Shown: positions 19,801 to 31,800 of the stretch, piece after piece
Numbering within the stretch: the stretch's first letter is position 1
Layout: each line of letters starts with the position of its first letter
Source: a virus
IMG/VR virus record: IMGVR_UViG_3300044950_000375
Coordinates: 17,509 to 81,508 of that record
Strand: one strand, 5' to 3'
Length of the DNA: 64,000 nucleotides
Translations under genes and position numbers: made by a program
Notes under the pieces: model-generated
Databases searched by the model: none
What the model was told of the DNA's origin: nothing
Seen by the model: the letters and a program-made list of their open reading frames with translations, nothing else

Positions 19801-22800
19801 ATGGTGCCGGTGGCAGAAGTCAAACTAAATGTCAACCCATCTGGTGCCAAGGCAACTGTAAAATGTGTTGCATCAACAATGGCATTTACATAATAAACAG
19901 TACCAGCCACGATGCCACCAAACACCGTGCCGTAGAATCTGATTGGATCACCAAGCGACAATCTTGCTGTTTGAACACATGTGATTTCGTTGGTAGTTGC
20001 ATTGGTAGCAGTACACACCAAGGTAGGACTTGCCGGAGCACTGCCCAAGAAATAGTCTCCCCAAACTTGCACACCTGGATAGCTGGTGCCATCTACTAGC
20101 AATTGCAAATCTAATCCAAATTCGTTTACGCCCGGAACATAAAATCCCATGGTACGATTGACACCACTGAGTGTGGCTGCATCTACCAGTGTCCAATCTT
20201 CAAGATTGAAAACTGGGCCAATCACCGCACTACTGCCGTCTGCACTGTCAGCTTGCCATACACGATCATCATACCGAACCAGTGTGCCATTTTCGTATGT
20301 GCCATCTGAACTCCAGGTTAATACAGATGTTTGATATTGATAACGGTCGTATTTGAGAACTGTGCGGAAACTGCGCACAAGTCCGTTGTCCATCTGAGGG
20401 TATGCAGCAACGCCTGTGCCATTGCCACCATCAAACGCCACAGTTGGAGTTGAGCGGTAGCCTGAACCGCCATTGATCAATGTTATAGATACGACATTGC
20501 CTGATGAGTTTAGCACTGCTGTGGCTTCTGCTCCAGACCCAGTGTCACCTTCAGCCGGTACAATCAACACTGTAGGCGCAATGGTATAGCCTGTGCCTTG
20601 ATTGGTAACTGTAATTGAATCTACATGTAGCAAATAGTTGTCAAACCATTGACTGTAAGGCCACTCTGGCCACAGAGTGCTATTAGGAGCAGTGTCACTG
20701 AGTGTGTTAAATGCCTGAGCTGTGGCATGTTCATAAGGTAACAAAATTGGGCTTACATACTGTGGTATAGTCAAATTTGTGTCATAGTATGCTGGCAAAT
20801 CAAAGTCAGTTAAACTGCCTTGGAAGTTATCAATGCCATCATATGTTAGATTGAATTCACGAACTTGTACGTGGTAGGGTTTGACTTCTTGAATATACTC
20901 ACTCACAAAGTCTTGATTGTCACGGATGTAATTTTGATATGGCACCAGATCTCTAACTTTGTGTTGAACATCAATCAAACTGGTTTTAATCAACCATTCT
21001 GGTGCTAGTAACTCGCTTAAAATAAAGTTAAACATCAAAGTAAGTGACTGATTTCTTTCAATTTTCAATTCGTCAACAAACAATTCTTCATTTATAGCTT
21101 GAATAATTTTACGTGTTTCAATCACTGGTTCTTGATCAAAATATTGTGCATCAAACACTTCAACGTCAAACCCAAATCTGCCTAGCGCATAATCATAAAT
21201 TTCAGCAGAAATTTCAATGGTACCATCTTCAAGGCCTACTCGATCCCATCCTGTATCGGTACGCAGATAGATTTCAAACTTGCCTTGTGCATTGGCAGTG
21301 ACTTTAACACTTGATCCAATGGCCACACTTAATGTTTCCAATGTAGCATAGTTTGGTACTTCGGCCACAATAATTGAACTAGAATTGTATCCTGGCTGAT
21401 ACCAGTTAACGTAACTCCAGTATTGTGGCGTGTTATAATTTTGCACACGACTTAACACCAATTCTCTCACTGTTGGATCATTTGTAGCTTGTACTTCATT
21501 AATGGTCCATAATCCACGATTCAAACTATTGGTAACCACAAGATATTTGTAACCCAATGGCACAGCATATATGTCTTGAAATCCTAGTATTTCTAAGTTA
21601 GCCACTCGCAAATTCCACTCACCGCTGGTTGCACTAGGTTCGGGTTCTGCACTGTTTAACAATGCAAAACTTCTAATTTCTGTTATCGGATACAATGCAA
21701 ATACATCATTGGCACGTTGAATATAATTTTTTAACGCTAAAAATCGATCCACAAACATACTCTGGCGTGGTCGGAATTGAACACCATATTGCTGAGCGTA
21801 GTTAAGATTTGGATCTGGAACTTTATTGCCAGTTGTGTCTACTCCACAAAAACTGTCTTGTAGTTTACGATACAAATTATCACTTAAGAAAGCATCATCT
21901 TGCCCTTGTGCAATTAATTCGTATTCAGTGTGTACATTAGCCTCTGTAAGAACTTGATCAAACTCCACACTGATGATAGTATCTGCTGCCAAAATGTATT
22001 CAATTGCATTGTAGATTGCAATAGTGCTAGAGTTAATTGGCGCAACATAACTAATACCACTGGCCTTTGGTTCTTGAATATAAGATGCCACTGTGGCCAC
22101 GCTAAGTGTCTTGCCTGCCTGTGATGCAGTTTCAGTTATGCCACGCACCCAGAAATAATATTCAGTAACAAATGTTCCAGACTGATTTAATCGAGTGCTT
22201 ACTACATAACTAATGATGCTGTATGGTGTGCCAACTCCGGCGTAATTTGCAGGTGGTACTGCGCTAGAAATCCATTGATATACATCCACTGTACTGCCGG
22301 GGAATACTTGTCCCCACCGACGGCTGGCATAAGTTGGATTATCCTGATTTGGATTAATAAATCTTACTGTGCTGATGTCCCACCAAACTTCTCCAACATG
22401 GGTAGTCGCCCAAGTGTCACCGCGATTGTTTACAGGACCAACATTGTAAGAAGCAGGGTCAATTGCGCTGATAAAATCTATATTCTCTTGAGCAGCACCT
22501 AATACTTTTCCTTGCAGTGGATCAAAGAAATCAAAGAATTGACTCTTGGCCGAAGAGATTCTGTCATACATGTACACACTGGTCAACAGTCGTATATCAA
22601 CAACTGGTTGTTGAATAGCAATTGGCTCCCATGCAAGACGTTGTGTGGGATTTTCAAATATATAAGCAGCACCGTATTCGCTGAATGTGCTATCTTCAAA
22701 GTCTTCGCCAGGCGCAGTGGCTACCAAAACACCAGAATTGTAACTTACTGCATAACCATATTGATCCAAATATGATACACCATCAGTTTCAACTTGCTGT

Positions 22801-25800
22801 CCAAATATAAACTTACCCGGATTGGCTACGCTGAGGCTGTTGCTAGGCAAATAGTCATATGTATAAACTGCACCTGCCTGTACTAATGAACGAGTAACAT
22901 AAGAACCGTTGACCAAGACCATAACCACTGAGCTAAAGAATATGGTAGAGTTACCATCAAACGTTGTTCCTGGTTTTTCTGTTGTGGTATTATAATCAAA
23001 CACCATAACTGAATATAGTGTGCCTTTTGGTGATCCAACCACAAGATTAAGTGCAGTGTCATTTACAGCCACTGAGTAACCAAATTGACCAAACTCTACT
23101 GGTCGTGGGCTTGCAATAGTTTGTGTGTATTCAAAAGTCACAAATTCAAGCGCAGAAAACACTGAGCCAACTGAACCCGGTGCCACTTGTAATTTGTTGC
23201 CTTCTGGTGCAGCATCAGTGTTGGTCACAAAAATAGTCAAGTAGCCAGTTGAGGAAACTACCGCGGTAGCATTAGGAGCACCTGAATTGGTTCCTGCTTC
23301 ACCACCATTGATTGCAGCAGCAAGGCCTGCAATATTGTTGTTTGGACTAACAGGCACCACAATGTCAACATTGTTTACTCGTAATGTTTGCCCAGCAGTC
23401 AGACTAGGATTGGCAATGGTAGAAGTAATTGTGCCATAACTTCTGGCTTGGTTTACACTGCGTTCAACCACACCACCTTTCCAAACAACGCTAGAATCTT
23501 GCGGCGCACCCACATACAAACTACAGTTGTATGGACACAAATCCAAACTTTGGCCGTAGTTTGTGAATTCGGCAATTAAATTTTCTGTGATCAATTGTTG
23601 TTCAACAAACTGATTGATTTCAATTTCAATTATATCGCCCACAAACAAATCTTTGTTGATGGTAATGTTGTTGCCACTCACTGAAAATGTGTTGTCGGCA
23701 CCAACAATACTGTTAGTTTGGTTGGTTAAAAATACATTGTTAACTAGAACACTAACTGGTGCTGCCACGGTCCCTAACACAGTATACGTGTTTGAACTAT
23801 CGTCCTGACGAATGAACTTTTGTACATTTCTGTCAACCACATACACTGAACCTGCTTCGGTCAATGTGCTAACTGTGGCGTTAGGACAGCCAATTATAAC
23901 TTGACGTCCATCTGTAGAACACTGAACGCTTGCACCAAATCTTGCACCAGCAGCAACTGCCACTGTTGGTGTAATGGTGCCAGCCAGTTGATAATAAAAC
24001 TGCGATGTCACTATAATATCATTACTTGGGGCACTGGCAAATGTCAGGGTGGTGCCAGAGTAGGTGTAATCAATGTTAGGACGTTGTAATACACTATCTA
24101 CACTGACTGAGAATGAATAAATGTTGTTTGCTGTGGCTGTAAACAACCATGGTGACAATGAATATGTAGTACCACTTGGACTAAATGTTTTGACATATTT
24201 TCTTGAAATTGTAATAACATCACCAGCAGCAGGCATTGCAGTAAATGTCACAGTGGTAAAACCAGCGTCTACAGTGTAATCTGTTGTGAGCGTCAATACT
24301 GCATTGTTTTTAAGCACAGCAATTTGATTGGCATTGTTTATTTGTATAGTATCGCTGATGTCAGCAGTATTGCTAGTGCCGTTGGCAATGTATTGTAAAA
24401 CTTGATCTTGCCATTGCACTTGTCCGTATGCATACACTGTGTTCAGTCCAGGTGCACCAACGTACAACCAGCGTTCGTCAAGACTCATAGCCACACTATA
24501 ACCAAATTCACCAGCACCTGGGGTGGTGGTTGGTGTTGTTCCAGGTAATGTCAACAACTGTGGTTGAGACCAAGGACTGGTGTTGGCTGCCCCAGCTGTG
24601 GGGTCACGCCATAATACTACAGCGTATCCGTTGTTGACAGGTGATCCTGCAGGTGCTGGTCCCAAGCTGGCGCTTGCTCCGCCAACAGCAAATGTTTGAT
24701 TGCCAGCATCTACAGCATTGCCATACCCGCGCAGGCCTGTTGTGCTTAATGTAAGAACAGTGTCTTGTCCGCCAATGGGACTGATTGGCACATACTGGTC
24801 GCTGGCATTTCTTACATACAAATAGATACCGCCCTTGGCAGTACCCAATCCAAACCCATAACGCGGACTACCAACAAACAATGCTGCTCGATTTGTGGCT
24901 TGTGCTACAGATGCTCCGTATTGTTCTGTGGCATCAAGCAACACTGGCGCTAACACTGCTCGGTCAGTAAAAGGATTTTGTTTTTCTAATACTTCCCATA
25001 ATCCGTCACCGTTATCATCAACCCAAACTTTTGCGCCGGGTAAAAATTGTTGTGCGTAAGGCAAATCTATCACGTTGCTGGCCTGGTCTACACGCATGGT
25101 TTCTAGGGTAAACCCAATGCCTGTGCCGTCAACCACAGTGCGATCACCTGCAAGATCCAATGCAATGTTCACAGTGGTCAAATTGGGAACACTTAATACG
25201 GTGTAAACACCATTGACTTCTGTATCAAAAAATCTTATGATCAATTGATTGCCAGTTATCAATCCATGTTGTTTGCTGAATATAACTCTGCTGGTTCCAT
25301 TAAGATTGTCACAAACGTGTTGTATAGTTCCTGGCACAGCTTCTGCACGATAAATGTTCCAGTCATAGTTGTTTACTTTGGCAACCCAGATGCTGGTTCC
25401 AACTATAATAGAATTGATGTTGGCATTGAGATTTGCAGGATCATCTAAATCAAAAACTGTGATATCAACGTCATCAATATTAACATATCCTGCACTAGGC
25501 AAAGATATATCTGTTGGCAATGTGGTTGTGGTTGGTAAAAGTGCAGGAGTGGTCAACGGGAAACTACTTTTCCATACATCGCTAAGGAAAATTTGTTGAT
25601 CAGCAGTGCTTGTTTCGTTTGGCACCACAACCTGTACCAAGCTAGGATTGCTTGATAACAATGCACGATTCAGTCTCAAATCAAAGAAACTGCGATTGGC
25701 GTTTGCACCATATACCCCACGTTGTATTGCCCAGTTTTCAAAAATTTTGTATTCAGCAACTTCTTTGTTGAACTTAGCTTGCCCAAACAAGTCAACACTA

Positions 25801-28800
25801 TTTTTAGTTCCTTTGGTTCCAAGGAATTCTCTATAAATGTTAAGCTGACTAACATCATCAAGATTTAGTGCAGCCATATACTGTCTAGGTCTAAATCCTA
25901 TCAAGCCATAACTTAACAAATCATTGTCACTGACTAAATTTGCTGAGTTGATATCATAACTGTTGCTAAGTTGGTCAGCTTTGTTTGCAAGATTAGCCAA
26001 TAATCCTTGTTCAATAACTGTGTAATCGCTTTGATTCCAGTCATTGTAATTGAACTTGGTGCTGGGTTGTACAATTGTGGCAGCACTCCAGTATGCACCT
26101 TTGTATGTTACTATTTCACCTTTGGCATAAGTTTTTAAACCAGTCCATGCAGGAATGTTGTTTTGATTTAATATAAATCCCTGCGCATCAACACTGCCGT
26201 TCCATTCTGTAGAAGTAGTGCCAGCAATATACAATCTGCTTTGTCTAGCGCCTGTTATAGGTTCAAAAATTAAGTCGCCAAACAAACTGGCGTTATCCAA
26301 CACAATCATACTTTCGAAGCTGGTATAACGCATGTCAATAAAACTCAAACTTTGATTGTTCAAAGGTTGGATAGTAAAGTTGTTGTCAACTCGCACAATA
26401 TTGAGATCACGTGTGGGGAAATCTTTACGATTCTGGTCTAATATTACATGTTCCGCAGTTTGTGATGTTATGTTGTCTACTACTGCTTGTTCCTTGAACA
26501 CAGACAGTCCTATAGCCAACGGATTCAAATTGATTAAGCTGCCATTGCCCCAGCCTTGTTGACTCCAGTATATGAACTCGTACACCATTTGTGACCAGGT
26601 CATCAAGTAACCATTGGTCTGATTGGTAAATTCAAAGCCTTGTGATTCTAAAAACTTTCCATAACTCAACAAGAAATTGGCCACAGCACTTTCAGTTGTG
26701 AACACAAACCCATAGGGAATTTGAGTGACAGTGTCTGTGTAATTGGCAGGTACTTGTATAGTTTTACTGGCCACACTGTATGTTTCAAATTGTCCAACTG
26801 GAATACTGGTGAATGTATTAAAATATGGTCTTGCAGTGCTGTAGCCAAATACTGCGTAGCCACCATCCACAACTTGAATCACCACAGAACTGTAAATTAA
26901 TCTGTCAAATGGTTGATTTTTGTATACCAACAGTTGATAGCTTTCTGGAGGAATCTGCAACGAGGCGTTGGTTGATCTAGGACTAGATTTTTCAGTGTAA
27001 ATTTTCAAGTACTGTTTGTCTGAGAATGAAGCCATTCTGTAACACAAACGTACATCTAAATTTTGCAAATCTGTTTCTAATGCCACAGTGCTGTCAGTAC
27101 CTGTGAGGCGATTGTAATCCACAATCCAGTTGATGTAACTGGCTTTGCTGGTACCGTCACCATACACTTGCACGCCGTTGGCGTCTAATCTGTAACGACC
27201 ATTATAAAGATACTGATCAAATTCTGTGCTATACTTGTACAAGTCTCTGTCAGCAAACAATGCAAAGAATTTTGCTGGACGAGTAAGCGCCAGCAACCGC
27301 ATGGCTGCAAATGGGTAATCGCTTGAATTCCACCACGAAGCTTCTACCGGACCGCCATCACCGGGTGCCCAGCTTTTCTGCCACGTTTGTGGATTGTATC
27401 TACCTACAACTGATTCCAATGGCGCTAACAGATTGCCTGCACTGTCAGTTGGTAGCACAGATAGCAAGCCAGGTCTTGCATAAGCTGGTAGTGTGTATGC
27501 GCCAACCGGATCTCTCACAAGCCCTAGTTCCAAATCATCCCACAAGTTCATGTTGTCAGATGTATAAGGTGCCGGGCCGTATGTTATTTCCCACCAGTCG
27601 GGTTGAACTGAAAAACCAATCATCTCCCAAGGAGTTAGTTCTGGTTGTTGGGTATCGTAAAAATAACGATAGATACCACGCCAGGCACCTAACAAATTTT
27701 CATTGTTAAGTTTGTTGGTTGAAGAACTATAATTGTAGGTAAATGGATTACCAGCATTGTAATTTTGCGTGGTGTAATCCAACTTGTTCCAACCCACATA
27801 AGTCAAAAAACTAGATTCTAATATGGTATTAATTTCAGCATAACTATAACCAGTATTTCTAAACTGACCTGGCAACACATCCACAACATCCAGTGGCACA
27901 GGATTGTCATCTAACTTGATATTGTTATAAATTCTAGTTTCAAATTCTAACAACACTTCGTCACGTATATCACCAAAGATAGGTGTCTGACTGCCATCAT
28001 GTCCTAGTATAACCAGTTGTTCACCTGCGCTGGTCTTGACTGTCAAAATTTCTGGCCGCCATGCAGGATACAATCCCATTTTGCTTGGAGTATTAGGCAC
28101 ATAGGTGCCATAGGTAGCATTGTATTCTTGAATGGTAATTATATCACCAATGGCCAGTGTAATCAAAATCTCAATTCGTGGACCATCTGTGGCCACTGTG
28201 TATTCTAAATCTCTAGTTAAGATTTGGTCATTTACATACACATTCATACCAAGGTAGTTGGCTGATGTGTAGTTGTAAACTTGCACAGTGTCAAACACCT
28301 GCCTGGTAATATAGCTCACAGTGTAAGTTGTTGTGGTGAATACTGCGGTAGCAGGCAGCATGTCACTCCAATAGAATGGATTATTTTCTGTTCGTCCTAT
28401 TGTGATTTCAGCTATCACAGTATCAAGCACTTGTGATGTAGTTTCGTATTGAATAGTCTGTCTAGTCACTGCCTCTAGCAGTTGATTTTTGTACTTTTGA
28501 TATTCTCTGCTGTTGTATTCTATTGCACCAAAAATATTGTACTGCTGAGATCTCATGAAGTATCCAGCTAGGGTCAATGGAGAACTTTGTTGTAAAATCA
28601 GTTGACCGTAAGGAATAACATTACCAAGGTCTCTAGTGTTATTTGCACCATTAATTGATCCTGAGAATGTAGTTAAATTTTGACAAATACTGTCATAGTG
28701 AGTGCGCAATGTACCTAATGTAAAACTTGGGCTGTTGGCATTCAATGGATTGTTATTGAGATTTAACGGAACTTGATAAAAAGCCACTTGGCTGATTTGG

Positions 28801-31800
28801 TCACTAAGCACTTCAACTTCAATTACATCTCCCACAACGTGTGCAGTATGTAATGTAATAGTTGTGGTATTGGCGGTAGTGGCCACTGTGTATGTGCCTG
28901 GATCTTGGAAGATAGATCCCACAAACACTGTTACGCTAGGCACAGTTGTCACAATGTTTGACTGAACAGCAACATCCAATTGTAATGGTTGTAAATTATA
29001 AACAAATTTAAACTGCTGTCTCATTAGTGTAGGCACTACTGCTGTTTGCCAACCAATCAATCGTTCATACACAGTTCTTGATGCATATTCATAAACAAAT
29101 CCTGAACTAATTGGTGCTGTGGTGCTAACATTGTCAATCACATACACAAATGAGTCTGAGTATAAATTATTATCAAATACAATGTCTCCTACATTGGTCA
29201 ATGAAAGATATTTGAGCACTAGTTGTAGCACTGGGTCAGCAGTTCCTGAGCCTGTGGCATAACTAAACAATTTTGTGCCTGTAAATGTTGAACTAGGATA
29301 TGTAGTTCTGTTGGCCAAACTCACTCCGTCAGCATCAAATATGTCAAACAGTGGTGCCTGTTGTACAGCAGTTTTTTGTTGTGCTTCTAACCAATTTACA
29401 CCATCATACCAGTAGGTAACGCCAACTTGCGAACCACTAATGCATGTGGTAGTTTGATCAACAAGTATTTCTCCATCTGATGCTTCTACCAAATTAATAA
29501 TAGGTTGTGTAATCAATGGTGCCACAGTATCTGGTACAATAAAATTTACCACGTAAATTTTGCTTCGTACATTCTGATCTTCGTCAGCAGCAAATATCAC
29601 ACGACTGCCATTGACAAATGTGTAATCATTCACTGAATATCCAGTGCTGCCTTCAATGTTACTGAATGCATCAGTTTCAGTAAAATCAATTACGTTCACT
29701 GGTTGCTTGGCATCTGTGCCCATGTTATACAATCTGATGCCACCACGGAATTGTATAATTGGCCGCTTGCCTTTACGGTCATTGTCTATTACCACAGGCG
29801 TGTCATTGTAAGCACCTGTAGCATTGAGCACATCAATGTGGAACCATCGATTGCTACGACTCCATGCATTTAGATCTGGACTGTCTCGGTTGATTGTGAG
29901 ATAATCAACATTGTAGGCAGACGCATACTCTTCAGGAGTGATATAATTTGTTACTGGCAATAGTTCAATTGCTGTGCCTACACCACTAACATAGTATTGC
30001 GGATTTTGACTGGTAGTTGCAACCATACTACCATTGGCCGAGGTCAACGTCACTGCTGTGCCATCTTTGGTTGTGCTTACTTTAAATTGACTGCTGCTAA
30101 ACACTGTTTGAACGTAATAGGTAACACCAGTGTTTACTCCGCCGAATGCTGTGCCATTAAAAATAATTTCCTGACCTACTGCCATGCCTGCTGTGGATTC
30201 AGTGGTAATGAGATTGATACCTGCTGCGGTGTTTGTGCAAATAAATGCAGCAGACCCAGTGGCGTAGCTGGCAGGTGATACATTACCTAAAAATTGAACT
30301 TTTAATCCATTGGTAAATGTAACACCATTTGGACTGGTGTAGTTGGTTTTTCCTAACACATCTTCGATGTATATTGTACTGCTATTGTCTTGTTCAATTA
30401 GACGGATGGTGCCAAAAATTTCTGGGTCGGTGCCATCTTGGTAATACAATGTATCCAACTTGGCTGTAAGCTGAGGCATTTCAACAATATATCCAGTTTG
30501 GTTTTTGTACCACTGTGTGCTGGAATATTCAGTGCCATATCGTATGGTCCATTTTTCTAAATTAGCTATATTTTGAATGCTGCCTAATGATAGATAGGTA
30601 AAGGCACCCACAACAACATAACTTATACGCCATATGCTATAATAATTAGTAGAAGGATCACCCACACTGTTTGCAAATACCAATGTTCGTGTGTTGAGAT
30701 CAGTGATGCCATCAATGCCACCATAGGTAGCTATAAATTGATCTAGTCTGGCTCCGTCGATATTATTGAAAAACAAATCAGTAACAAGATCAACCGACCC
30801 AATGCTAACAAGATTGTAGAAAAAGTCTTGAGCTGTTTTTTGTGGTACGTTAAAATTAAGTGTGCCAAGATCAATACCATTGTTGGTAACACCGTAGATG
30901 GATCTAGAAGTTACGTTTGGAGTAGTAGGATCTAATCCATTGATTCCGGGTGCTGTCTGAATCCAAAATCCTGGACCGTCACCAGGTTGGGCATCAATCA
31001 CACTGATGGTACCTCTCATGAGACTTTGAGTCTGACAAGAATAATATAGTGTATTAGGTGCGTCTTGGGGTACAGTAAAAGTCACTGTGCCTACTACTGA
31101 TCCATTACGTGTGACACCTGAGTTATACTGATCACCTGTGCCTGTTGTAGGTGCAGTTTTGATCCAGAACGGAAAGTCGCCTTGCACAAACAGGTTAAAA
31201 GTGTATGTGTTACCACGAATTAAAACAATTGGTGCATTGGGTTCGTTGTCAATGTTAAAGCTGGTAACATTAGTGCGTGTTACTTTGTAATTAACAGTTT
31301 CTTTGTTGTTTTGCGATACTTGAAAAGTGTAGTTGCCGCCACGAACTAAATTTATAGTAGGGTTGTTACCAGTTAATCCTGAAAATGTGTAAACTCCATC
31401 AGCTCTGTCTACAACAAAATTTTGGCTCAACGCCACACCCGGTGATTGCACAGTAACTACATCAGGGCCATCTGGCACCCAGTAATACTGACTAAAGTTT
31501 ACAAACGTGTCAAAATCCATAAACGGATCAAGACTATAATAATCACTAGTATACAGTCGACTGGGTTGTGTTGATGGACTACCTTGATATACCAGTGTAT
31601 CAGTTATGCCTGGATACGTAATAGCATCTATTATTTTGTTATTGTCTGCAGGATCAACACTAATCACACCTGGCTCAAGTTGATAGTCAGCGCGAGTTTT
31701 GTCGGGCTCAATCACATACTTGTCGTTGGGATTTACACCTGGGCCAACTGTGCGGCCAATATAACCTTGAGTCTTTTTAAACTTTGGCTCTTGAATCAAC